From positions 96,001 through 160,000 of the forward strand of contig OZ240219.1 in assembly GCA_965197645.1 (NCBI GenBank): a stretch of 64,000 nucleotides of DNA, given 5' to 3'. The notes beneath the pieces were generated by a model that did no database searches, was not told the origin of the DNA, and was given only the letters and a program-made list of their open reading frames with translations. Positions within the stretch are counted from its first letter, which is position 1. Every line of letters starts with the position of its first letter. Origin of the DNA: Dehalococcoidia bacterium (GTDB lineage Bacteria > Chloroflexota > Dehalococcoidia > Plut-88900). Made by a program: the position numbers and the translations under genes. This document shows positions 1 to 9,121 of this stretch, piece by piece.

Positions 1-796
1 GAGATTCGGGGGTGGCACCAGCCATGCGGGGACTCTTTGTCATTATCCCAGCCACCTTCTCGATGCGGGACTTGAGCTCTCCATCGGTACGGCCGGTGAA
101 CAGTGTGATCATCAGAGAGCAACGAACGGAGTCCGGGTCCCTGCCATAGCTCTGGCAGAGGTCGCGCAGCAGCTGTCGTCTCTCCTTGAACTCGTCCGGT
201 GTCTGAGATGTGCCGTTCCATTCATTTCCGTACTTGGCGGCCAGGGGTATGGTACGTTTCTTGCCATTTCCGCCAACGACTATGGGAGGGTAGGGGTCCT
301 GCGCGGGCTTGGGATAGGAGGTTATGTCCTCCAACTGGTAATGCTTGCCATTGTAGTTGACGTTGTCCTCGGTCCAGGTGGCGATGGTGAGCTGCAGGGA
401 CTCCTCCAGCCGTTCGAAGCGTTCGGCCATGTTGGGATAGGGAACGCCGAAGGCGGCGTGCTCTCCATCGTGCCAGCCTGCGCCCAGACCAAACTCCAAA
501 CGGCCGTTGGAGAGCTGGTCTATACAGGCGGCCATCTTGGCCAGGACGGCGGGGTGCCGGAAGGTGATGGGTGTTACCAGGGGGCCGAAACGAAGCCTGG
601 AGGTACGGTCGGCGAGGGTGGCCAGGGATATCCACGCTTCCGAGGCTTCGGAGGTGTCGTCGCTGACGTCCGGTATGAGGTGATCGGACCTCCAGATGGA
701 CTCGAAGCCGAGGGCTTCAGTGCGCTCGGCCACGCGATGCCAGCGTTCCCAGGTGAGGTCCTCCTGGCCTTCGATCATGATGCCCAGTTTAGCCAT
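1..796 (-). CDS. LLM-class (probably F420-dependent) oxidoreductase, 3' end runs off the window
   Basis: Read manually on the minus strand, not in the ORF track. ATG at 796 follows a GGGAGGAG SD. It translates MAKLGIMIEGQEDLTWERW...FRSDH...ELGLGAGWHDGEH, typical luciferase-like monooxygenase motifs. I saw no stop before position 1. Confidence 0.85.
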   Translation of the reverse strand, partial: MAKLGIMIEGQEDLTWERWHRVAERTEALGFESIWRSDHLIPDVSDDTSEASEAWISLATLADRTSRLRFGPLVTPITFRHPAVLAKMAACIDQLSNGRLEFGLGAGWHDGEHAAFGVPYPNMAERFERLEESLQLTIATWTEDNVNYNGKHYQLEDITSYPKPAQDPYPPIVVGGNGKKRTIPLAAKYGNEWNGTSQTPDEFKERRQLLRDLCQSYGRDPDSVRCSLMITLFTGRTDGELKSRIEKVAGIMTKSPRMAGATPES

Positions 797-881
797 GGTT
801 TGCTCCTCCCTTACCAAGAGGGTGTGAATAGCAGGATGACAGAAGTGCGGGCGCTCAACGGTTGGACGCTGCCGGCTGGGC

Positions 882-1928
882 CTATTCCATGACGTCTCGG
901 AAGGCCTCGATGGAGCGGTGAATGTCGTCCTCTTCGATGCCGTAGTGGGTCACCAATCGAAGGTTGCCGCCGCCCCTGTCCATGGTCTTGACGTTGTGTC
1001 CTGCCAGGGCCTCGACAATTCCGTTGGAGGGTTGCCTCTCCACCTCGACCATGACCATGTTCGAGTGCACCTTCTCCAGCTCGATATTGAGGCCCGGTAT
1101 CTCGGCCAGCCCGTCGGCCAGGCTGCGGGCGTTGGAGTGGTCCTCGGCCATCCTATCGATCATCGTCTCCAGGGCTACCACCCCAGCGGCGGCGATGACT
1201 CCTGCCTGCCGCATGCTTCCACCCAGCCCCTTTCTGATCCGGCGGGCCTTCTCTATGAACTCTTCACTGCCACAAACCACCGATCCGACGGGGCAGGACA
1301 GGCCTTTGGATAGGCAGAAGGTGACGGAGTCGAAGTGACTGGCGATCTCCTTGACATCGGTGTTGGTAGCTACGGCGGCGTTGAAGATTCGAGCCCCATC
1401 CAGATGCATGGGTAGGTCGTGTCGCTTGGCCACCTGGGAAACGGGGGCGATGTCTTCGGGGGTCAGCGCAGCGCCGCCGCATAGATTATGGGTGTTCTCC
1501 ATGCAGATCAGCGCAGTGTGGGGGAAGTGGACGTTGCCGGGGCGGATCGCCTCCTCCACGTCTGCCGGGTCCAGCCGGCCCTGCTCGTCGTTGGGGACGG
1601 TGAATACGTGAACACCACCATAGACCGAAACGGAGCCGGCCTCGTACCGAAAGCTGTGGGCCTTGTTGCCCAGTATCACCTCGTCTCCCCGCTGGCAGTG
1701 GGCAAGGACGCTCACCAGGTTGCCCTGGGTGCCGCTGGAGACCATTACGGCAGCCTCTTTGCCCAGCTTCTCGGCAGCCATGGCCTCCAGCTTGTTGACG
1801 GTGGGGTCCTCGCCGAAGACATCGTCGCCCAGCTCGGCCGACATCATCGCCTCCCGCATCTCGGGAGTGGGAAGGGTAACGGTATCACTTCGAAAGTCGA
1901 TGACTTTGTCGCTGCTGTTGGCGGGCAT
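882..1928 (-). CDS. ltaE: Low-specificity L-threonine aldolase
   Basis: IDFRSDTVT, GDDVFGEDPT, HLDGARIFNAA and FCLSKGL (PLP lysine) motifs. Confidence 0.92.
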   Translation of the reverse strand: MPANSSDKVIDFRSDTVTLPTPEMREAMMSAELGDDVFGEDPTVNKLEAMAAEKLGKEAAVMVSSGTQGNLVSVLAHCQRGDEVILGNKAHSFRYEAGSVSVYGGVHVFTVPNDEQGRLDPADVEEAIRPGNVHFPHTALICMENTHNLCGGAALTPEDIAPVSQVAKRHDLPMHLDGARIFNAAVATNTDVKEIASHFDSVTFCLSKGLSCPVGSVVCGSEEFIEKARRIRKGLGGSMRQAGVIAAAGVVALETMIDRMAEDHSNARSLADGLAEIPGLNIELEKVHSNMVMVEVERQPSNGIVEALAGHNVKTMDRGGGNLRLVTHYGIEEDDIHRSIEAFRDVME

Positions 1929-2074
1929 AGGAGCGCCTCCTGCCGGAAAGTGGGTTCATTCTAGCATCGGGCGTTGCCAAAGGCTAGAAGAGGCACTATG
2001 ATGCGCGGCGCCGCTGAGCTAACGAGGCCCCTGGGGCATGGGAGTATCTATATGCCGGACAAGGCAGGAATGAG

Positions 2075-2713
2075 ATGAAATTTGTACGAACCCGGGTAAC
2101 GTTTCAGAGCAACGAGCTGGTTCTGGAGGGAATCGTGACCCACGGGGAGGTCCCCTGTCCGGGCGTGGTGGTGTGCCATCCCCATCCCCTCTATGGGGGC
2201 GACATGGACAACCTGGTGGTGACAACGGTCTGCAGCGAGCTCGAGAAGAGGGGTATCGCCAGTCTGAGGTTTAACTTTCGGGGGGTGGGGCGAAGCCAGG
2301 GGGACTACGACGAAGGCATCGGTGAGACCGATGACCTGCGGGCGGCCGTCTCCTTTCTCGCCGGCAGCGATGGGATTACGCCGGAGTGTATCGGAGTGGC
2401 CGGCTACTCCTTCGGAGCTACGGTGGCGATGGACGCGGCGGCCACGGATGAGAGGGTCAAGGCACAGGCGGCGATTTCGATACCGCTGATCGGCGAGGAA
2501 CCGAGTCCCCCAACCGACTTATCGGGGCCCAGCCTGCTGATCGCGGGGAACAGGGACCAGTTCGCGCCCGTCGAGAGGCTGGAGAAGCTGGCCGGCGGCA
2601 TGACGGGCCCGGCCGAATGCCGGATCGTCGAAGGGGCGGACCACTTCTGGGGGCCTCTACTGGGTGAGATGGGCGAGGCGGTCGGCGAGTTTTTCTCAAA
2701 GCACCTGGGGTGA
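2075..2713 (+). CDS. Alpha/beta fold hydrolase
   Basis: CHPHPLYGGDMDN, RFNFRGVGRSQG, GYSFG nucleophile elbow, ADHF. Confidence 0.88.
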   Translation: MKFVRTRVTFQSNELVLEGIVTHGEVPCPGVVVCHPHPLYGGDMDNLVVTTVCSELEKRGIASLRFNFRGVGRSQGDYDEGIGETDDLRAAVSFLAGSDGITPECIGVAGYSFGATVAMDAAATDERVKAQAAISIPLIGEEPSPPTDLSGPSLLIAGNRDQFAPVERLEKLAGGMTGPAECRIVEGADHFWGPLLGEMGEAVGEFFSKHLG

Positions 2714-2885
2714 TTTGCGGGCCTAGACGAAGGGGAATCCACTAACCAACCGCACTTCGATGGGCCCAATGGGAACGGCACCGGGTGCTCCGTCCCGACT
2801 TTTTCGCTCTGCAGGCCAGATTCGGAATGACGGAGGATACCGCAGCCTGTCTTAGACAAGGATTGTTACCTCGTTTTCGCTGGCA

Positions 2886-3284
2886 CTAAGGTTTCTTAGC
2901 GACCCGGAAATGCAGTGTGTGAACTTCAGTGCCGTCAACGAGCCAGCTTACCTGGTAGTCGCCGAATTTCTCTAACTGTATACCATACAAACCGTTGATG
3001 ATTCGATGAGTTCGGTAGTTCATCCCCTCGGCGGGTTCCTTGATATTTATCTTATCGGCTAACGGCGGAATGATATCGTTGGCGTCAGCATCTTGCACAT
3101 GCAGCTCCAGCGTTCTTTCCTTTTGAGTTTCGTTGGGAGCGAACTTCAAGGCGAGAACAGTAAAGAGCTGTGGGTGAACTGCTGGCACAGCTGTGGCATA
3201 GATGGAGTCAATCCCGATTCCTACTGCCGTGAGCTTGTTACCAGAGTCTGCATAGTCGCAGAGGAATGCATATTCTACGTTCAT
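2886..3284 (-). CDS. Hypothetical protein, DUF6941-like beta-rich
   Basis: N-terminal AFLCDYA..GKL...G pattern and C-terminal FGDYQVSWLVDG resemble DUF6941 proteins (family from recall). Starts 5 bp after the hicB-like gene. Confidence 0.6.
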   Translation of the reverse strand: MNVEYAFLCDYADSGNKLTAVGIGIDSIYATAVPAVHPQLFTVLALKFAPNETQKERTLELHVQDADANDIIPPLADKINIKEPAEGMNYRTHRIINGLYGIQLEKFGDYQVSWLVDGTEVHTLHFRVAKKP

Positions 3285-3289
3285 GGACG

Positions 3290-3559
3290 TTAAGCTGTGC
3301 CGGTCCCTGCTGAAGGCCAGATGGTGACTTGGGAGGGAGCATTTGGAATGCTGGTTCTGGAGTTGTCACGGATTGCCTCCATCGCCTCGTGCATATTTGC
3401 TCGCAGTTCAGCAAGCGTCTCGCCCTGTGAGACACAACCGGGCATCTCAACTACTTCACCCCAGTAGCCAGTTTCTCCTTCCCCACTTTCGTGTACCAGA
3501 ATGGTGAATCCCAACAAGTTGACCCTGGTTTCTGATTCATCTCGCAAGGTAGTGGCCAT
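3290..3559 (-). CDS. hicB: HicB-family antitoxin (short, no obvious DNA-binding domain)
   Basis: GYWGEVVEMPGCVSQGETLAELRANMHEA is the HicB partial RNase-H fold motif. AGGAGG SD upstream. Confidence 0.8.
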   Translation of the reverse strand: MATTLRDESETRVNLLGFTILVHESGEGETGYWGEVVEMPGCVSQGETLAELRANMHEAMEAIRDNSRTSIPNAPSQVTIWPSAGTGTA

Positions 3560-3584
3560 CGTCCTCCTCCTAATCGGGCTGTGT

Positions 3585-3800
3585 CTAAACGTTCTCTAAG
3601 AATTCGCGCTCATTTCTACCTGATAAATGAATGAGCCTCTTGAGCAGTCCGATCTTTAGAACGCCGGCAGGCACCGAGAGATTGTATCCGTTCAAGTTTA
3701 CAACGCGGTGGCTACCTTTGCCTTTACGCTCTTCGCCGCCCAACCGAACTAAGGCTTTCACCGCGTCTTTCTGACGTATGTTTCTCAGCGATGGCGTCAC
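3585..3800 (-). CDS. hicA: HicA-family mRNA interferase toxin
   Basis: AVKALVRLGG..RKGKGSH..SVP..LKIGLLKRLI, with the GSH catalytic His. Likely GTG start at 3800 (ORF track starts at 3857). Confidence 0.75.
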   Translation of the reverse strand: MTPSLRNIRQKDAVKALVRLGGEERKGKGSHRVVNLNGYNLSVPAGVLKIGLLKRLIHLSGRNEREFLENV

Positions 3801-3969
3801 AAGGATCAATGTCCAGTGAGTTGGAGCATTATACGCAGACGCTGAATACACCCACAATAGCTCGTTACACTTACAATTCCAGGGTTTCTAACCGCCGCAC
3901 TACCGGATACTCCCTCGTTGGCCGCCGAATCGGCGCCATGCTAGACTAGATTTATCGAGCCGAAACGAT

Positions 3970-4476
3970 ATGCAGATGGACGCAATATCAACGCCGAACT
4001 GGCCCAGGGACCTCCTGCTGCTCTTCCTATCCCTATCGGTCCTGGGCTTGGACCAGCTTACCAAATACCTGGTTCGTACCTACATGTACGTCGGCCAGTC
4101 GATACCCGAGGATGCTCCGGTCCAACTCACTTACATACGTAACAGCGGAAGTGCGTTCGGGTTGTTTACGGGCCAGACCTTCGTGTTGACCATAGTGGCC
4201 TTTCTGGGGGTAGGGATCATCGGCTATTTTCTGCTGAGGGGAGGCAGGTCCAGTTTGCCGTTGAGCATCAGCCTGTCGCTCCAGCTGGGAGGGGCCATCG
4301 GCAATATCATAGACCGGATAGCTTACGGTTATGTCATCGATTTCATAGACGTCAACGTGTGGCCTATCTTCAACGTAGCCGACTCCTCGATCACTCTAGG
4401 ATTCATCCTGTTGGCCTGGACCCTGCTGTTCCACAAGGACAGGAAAGTGAAGCCGAAAGATGCTTCGGCAAGCTAG
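3970..4476 (+). CDS. lspA: Lipoprotein signal peptidase II
   Basis: DQLTK, NSGSAFG, GAIGNIIDR, VIDFI and FNVADS motifs. Confidence 0.95.
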   Translation: MQMDAISTPNWPRDLLLLFLSLSVLGLDQLTKYLVRTYMYVGQSIPEDAPVQLTYIRNSGSAFGLFTGQTFVLTIVAFLGVGIIGYFLLRGGRSSLPLSISLSLQLGGAIGNIIDRIAYGYVIDFIDVNVWPIFNVADSSITLGFILLAWTLLFHKDRKVKPKDASAS

Positions 4477-5368
4477 CCCGACCCGCTGGAGTATTGTGGC
4501 CGAGGAGCCGGGCAGCCGTCTCGACCGATACCTGTCGAAGCTGCACCCGGACCGGTCCCGATCATACATCCAAAAGCTGATCATCGATGGATACGTCAGG
4601 GTGAACGGTGGATTGAGCCGGGCAAACGCGAAGGTCAAGCAGGGCGATCGGATAGAGGTTGCCTTTCCACGCGATTCCGTCGAGAGCCTGAAGCCTGCAT
4701 CGATACCACTATCGGTCGTCTACGAGGACGAGGATGTCCTCGTCGTGGACAAGCCCCCCGGCATATCGACCCATCCGGGGTCGGGAAGCCAAAACGGTAC
4801 CCTGGCCAACGGCCTGCTGGCTCGCTATCCGGACCTGGGGGGAGTAGGCAACCCGCAACGTCCCGGCATAGTCCACCGGCTGGACAAAGACACCTCGGGG
4901 TTGTTGATAGTGGCCAAATCGAACGCAGCGTTGGAAGGTCTGTCTCGACAGTTCAAGGCCCGCTCCGTGACCAAAAGGTACATCACCCTAGTGAAGGGTA
5001 GAGTGGAGTCTGATGAGGGCGTGATCGAGGCGCCCATCGGCAGAAGCGCGAAACACAGGAAGCGGATGGCCGTGGTGACCGAGGGCCGGCAGTCGGTCAC
5101 CCGGTACAAGGTGTTGAAGAGGCTGGAAGAGCACACGCTGCTGGAGGTATCGCCCAAGACGGGACGGACGCACCAGGTAAGGGTACACCTGGCCGCGATA
5201 GGCCACCCGGTCGCCGGGGACACCACCTACGGATCCCGACACCCGGCCCTGGAGAGGCAGTTCCTTCACGCCTCGTTTCTGGGGTTTCAGCATCCGGTGA
5301 CAGATGAGCGGATAGAGCTGACTTCAGAGCTCCCGGACGACCTGAATCCGGCGCTGTCCCCGTGTTAG
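4460..5368 (+). CDS. RluA/RluD-family pseudouridine synthase
   Basis: S4 domain (RLDRYL), HRLDKDTSG and TGRTHQVRVH. Sits in the usual position after lspA. Confidence 0.93.
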   Translation: MLRQASPTRWSIVAEEPGSRLDRYLSKLHPDRSRSYIQKLIIDGYVRVNGGLSRANAKVKQGDRIEVAFPRDSVESLKPASIPLSVVYEDEDVLVVDKPPGISTHPGSGSQNGTLANGLLARYPDLGGVGNPQRPGIVHRLDKDTSGLLIVAKSNAALEGLSRQFKARSVTKRYITLVKGRVESDEGVIEAPIGRSAKHRKRMAVVTEGRQSVTRYKVLKRLEEHTLLEVSPKTGRTHQVRVHLAAIGHPVAGDTTYGSRHPALERQFLHASFLGFQHPVTDERIELTSELPDDLNPALSPC

Positions 5369-5386
5369 AATGCTTCGGTTAACGCT

Positions 5387-6865
5387 ATGACATCTCCGGT
5401 AAGAGTCAGATACGCACCAAGTCCGACAGGGCTGCCCCATGTGGGCAACATTCGTACCGCCCTGTTCAACTGGCTGTTTGCTCGCCACAATGACGGTGTG
5501 TTCGTGGTCCGGATCGAGGACACGGATGCAACCAGAAAGGTGGATGGGGCGGTCGAAGCGACTCTTGACGGTCTTCGATGGCTGAAGCTGGACTGGGACG
5601 AAGGGCCTGAGGTGGGGGGCGAGTACGGCCCGTATTTTCAGTCGGAGCGGCTGGACCTGTACCACAGATACTCGGAGCAGCTAACTGGACAGGGCTTGGC
5701 CTACACCTGCTATTGCTCTTCACAGCGGCTGGCAGAGATGCGGAAAGAGCAGCAGCGCAGGAAGGAACCTCCCCGGTACGACCGGAAGTGCCGGGGTCTG
5801 AACGAGGCCGAGAAGCGGGCCGCCGGGGACGTGAGCACCCCCGTGGTCAGGTTCAAGGTGCCCCTGGGAGAGTCGGTTACCTTTACCGACCTGGTCCGAG
5901 AGGAGGTCACCTTCGAGACCGACGTGCTGGACGACTTCGTGATAATGAAATCGGACGGGTACCCGACCTACCACCTGGCCAACGTGGTGGACGACCATTT
6001 CATGGAGATATCCCACGTGATGAGGGCCGAGGAGTGGCTTTCCAGCACCCCCAGGCATCTTCTGCTGTACCACGCTTTGGGGTTCCAGCCGCCCGAGTTC
6101 GCGCACCTGCCCATGATCCTGGGGCCGGATAGGTCCAAGATGAGCAAGAGGCACGGCTCCACGGCGCTGCCCGAGTACGAGGAGCAGGGCTATCTGATCG
6201 AGGCGATGATCAACTTTCTATCGTTGCTGGGCTGGGCGCTGGACGATAGGACGGAGCTGCTCAACCTGGACCAGCTGATCGAGCATTTCACCATAGAGCG
6301 GGTGGGGAAGACGGGGGCTATCTTCGACGCCGACAAACTGAACTGGATGAACGGTGTCTACATTCGAAAGCTGTCGGTGGACGAGCTGGTGGAAAGGGGG
6401 CTTCCTTTTCTCGAAAGAGACCTGTCCCCCAAAGTGCCTAGGCTTCTGGACCGGGAATACGTGGCCAGGATAGTGCCGCTGGTGCAGGACCGCGCCAGGA
6501 CCCTGGGAGAGCTGGCAGACCTGATGGAGTTCTTCTTCCTTGAGCTGGAGTACGATCCGGCTCTGCTGGTGCCGAAGAAGATGGACGGCGCCGGGGCGTT
6601 GCAAGCCCTGCTAACGGCGGAGGAAAGGCTCGGGGGTTTGGCGTCCTTCGACCAGGGAAGTTTGGAAGATTTGCTGAGGCCGTTGGCCGAGGAGCTGGGG
6701 GTGAAGACGGGACAGCTGTTCGGCGCGCTAAGGGTGGCTACAACCGGCCGGACGGCCGCTCCACCCCTTTTCGAGACGATGGAGGTACTCGGAAAGACGC
6801 GATGCATGGAACGGATAGAGAGGGCCATACGACTGTTGAAGGGGTCCGCTCCCAGTGGGGCTTAG
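5387..6865 (+). CDS. gltX: Glutamate--tRNA ligase
   Basis: RYAPSPTGLPHVGN (HIGH-like), RIEDTD and KMSKR. Confidence 0.97.
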   Translation: MTSPVRVRYAPSPTGLPHVGNIRTALFNWLFARHNDGVFVVRIEDTDATRKVDGAVEATLDGLRWLKLDWDEGPEVGGEYGPYFQSERLDLYHRYSEQLTGQGLAYTCYCSSQRLAEMRKEQQRRKEPPRYDRKCRGLNEAEKRAAGDVSTPVVRFKVPLGESVTFTDLVREEVTFETDVLDDFVIMKSDGYPTYHLANVVDDHFMEISHVMRAEEWLSSTPRHLLLYHALGFQPPEFAHLPMILGPDRSKMSKRHGSTALPEYEEQGYLIEAMINFLSLLGWALDDRTELLNLDQLIEHFTIERVGKTGAIFDADKLNWMNGVYIRKLSVDELVERGLPFLERDLSPKVPRLLDREYVARIVPLVQDRARTLGELADLMEFFFLELEYDPALLVPKKMDGAGALQALLTAEERLGGLASFDQGSLEDLLRPLAEELGVKTGQLFGALRVATTGRTAAPPLFETMEVLGKTRCMERIERAIRLLKGSAPSGA

Positions 6866-6880
6866 AAACGGAGAAGCGTC

Positions 6881-7346
6881 AATGGCGGCAGCAACCATGT
6901 GCGGCGTGCACAAGCTGATCTCGGATGTGTCGGTGTTGGCGGAGAGCAAGGTGCTGATGGTCAGGTACGCCGACACCGAAAAGCACGATAACCAGCAGGG
7001 TTGGTTCCTGCCGGACACTCTGCTCTCGGACCTGGAGCATCCTGATGAGGCGGCCCGGAGAGTGCTGACGGATGATCTCGGGCTGGCCGAGCCTTCGGCT
7101 GAGCTAGGCGATATCGAGTCGTTCAAGGGAAACGATGGCACGTGGCACCTGGCCTTCCACTACACGGCAAAGCTGTACGGGCCAATCGAGCTACCGCCTA
7201 AGGACAAGGTAAGGGAGAGTAAGTGGTTCCCCCTGGACCGGCTACCGCCCAGATCGGAGGTGGCGCACCACGGATGGGCGCTGGGGGTGCTGAAGAGGAT
7301 CACCTCGGACTCGCTTGCGCTTGACGGGCGCGTTCTGGCAGAATAG
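6881..7346 (+). CDS. NUDIX-domain protein with degenerate Nudix box
   Basis: WFLP....LEHPDEAARRVLTDDLG resembles a Nudix box that has lost its conserved Glu residues. Start approximate. Confidence 0.6.
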
Positions 7347-7356
7347 TCGGTAGAGT

Positions 7357-7430
7357 TGGGGAATCGTCTAGTGGTAGGACAACGGACTCTGGATCCGTAA
7401 GCCCTGGTTCGAATCCAGGTTCCCCAGCCA
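7357..7430 (+). tRNA. tRNA-Gln (anticodon CTG)
   Basis: Cloverleaf TGGGGAA...TTCCCCA-G-CCA, anticodon arm ACGGA-ctCTGga-TCCGT, GGTTCGAATCC T-arm. Confidence 0.96.
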
Positions 7431-7548
7431 ACTTTTTCTCAGATTTTTCAACTTACAAAGAGCCAGTAGCAATAGGAGTCAGCACTCGGTGACCAAGCTG
7501 TTTCGGCGCCTTGAGGCAACCGAGTCGAAAAGTACCTAGATCAGAGCT

Positions 7549-8826
7549 ATGACCAGCATGGAGACATCTCCCCGGAACCGGCTGGAGCGGTTCCTCCCGG
7601 CCCTGTTCCAACGGGACTACCGCGTGATGTGGTATGGGCACCTCTCCGGAGAATCGGCATCCTGGGCCATGGGCGCCGCCGAAGGCTGGCTCATCTTCAA
7701 TCTCACCGGCAGCAGCACCTGGGTGGGGGCCATATTCCTGGTGGCTATGCTTCCCTGGTTCGTGGTGCCGGTGATCGCCGGTTATCTGATCGATCGGTTC
7801 GTCCGGCGGGACATACTGGCATGGGCGTACGTGGTAAGCCTCCTGCACAGCTTTACCCTCGCATTTCTGGTCCTCACCGGTGCGATCCAGCCGTGGCACA
7901 TACTTCTCCTGGCCTTCATCAACGGCAGCTCCAGGGCCGTTCACATGGGCGCTATGGAAGCGCTGGCCGCCAATCTGGTGCCGGAGAAAACCCTGCCCAA
8001 CGCTTACATCCTGGTCAACGCTGGCTACTACGCCACCCGCCTGATCGGCCCCGGACTGATTGCGCCGATTGTGGACGAGATCGGCCTTGAGTGGATCTTC
8101 TTCGGCTGCACCGCCTTCTACGGGGTAGGCGTGTCCATGATCCTTATGATCCGCACCCGATCGACCGGAGTCGTTGAACACGGGAAGGGACTGCGTCACA
8201 ACGTGTTTACCGGTTTCGCGTACGTCTACGGGCACCCGGTGTTGCGCAGCATCATCCTCGTGGTGATGTTCCACTGAATACTGATAATGTCATTTGAATC
8301 GCTCGTGCCAGCGATTTCGGAAAACCAGCTAGACGCCGGGGGCGGCGGAGTGGCGTACATCAACATGATGGTCGGCCTGGGGGCCCTGTTGCTTTCCATC
8401 GCAGTACTCCCGATAAGAAGCCAAGCATTGATAGGACGGCTCTTCTTGATCTCTGCCGTAGTCAGCATCGTCGGCAATGTGATTCTTGCGCTGGCGCCCA
8501 CTCTTCTCATCGCCATGCTGGGAACAGTGGTGATAGGGATCTCCCATACCGGTTTTATGACTATGGCCACTATCATGATCCAGGTGATAGCTCCCGATAG
8601 CATGCGCGGGCGCATCACAGCCATCTATCTGATTCATGCCGGAGGCATCATGGGTTTTTCCTACTTCGCCAACGGGGTTCTCGCCGATATCTTCGACCCC
8701 AGCTGGGTACTCCTGGTGGGGAGCATGGCCTTTTTGGTTGTACTCATGGCCAGTGCCTTCATACGCACCCCGAGGCGTCTGTACCACGCCGGCATTTCCA
8801 CACAGGCGGGCATGGTTCCCAGCTAG
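7549..8826 (+). CDS. MFS transporter with in-frame TGA at codon 243 (candidate selenocysteine; otherwise a nonsense pseudogene)
   Basis: ORFs 7549-8277 and 8287-8826 are in the same frame. Joined (425 aa) they align end to end with paralog 9122-10405. TGA 8275-8277 corresponds to the paralog's TGC at 9854-9856. Confidence 0.8.
8293..8321 (+). promoter_or_regulatory. Candidate bacterial SECIS hairpin
   Basis: TTTGAATCGCT-CGTGCC-AGCGATT(T)CGGA can form an 11-bp stem with two G-U pairs and one bulged U. The 6-nt loop has GU at positions 2-3 and starts 27 nt after the UGA. Confidence 0.55.
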
Positions 8827-8854
8827 GCGGTCGTACTCGGTAACTTCGGGACGG

Positions 8855-9005
8855 CGTCCGGAGCCCGGCGGCGTCTCTCAGATACGATTTTACCCTCCCG
8901 CTCAGAAAGGGCCCCCCACCCCAAGCGGTTTTATCCTCCCACCCCGGATTCCATCCGACAGCTCCCCACCCCTGGAAAGAGATCCTGGGAGATGGGTGAA
9001 GGAGG
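8855..9005. repeat. Degenerate GC-rich REP-like intergenic element
   Basis: gtctctcagatacgattttaccctccc... resembles gtccctcagatattatttccgccccc at 43810-43835. Multiple C/G-run hairpins. Confidence 0.4.
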
Positions 9006-9121
9006 TATCCGCGCCGAGGTAACAATCCTGGAATATCGCTGCGGTCAGGCGTATAGTGTGAAGCGTTGTTCCTCCATGGGACCTATGGGCAAGGCAAATT
9101 AGACGGCTGCAACCTACCGGC

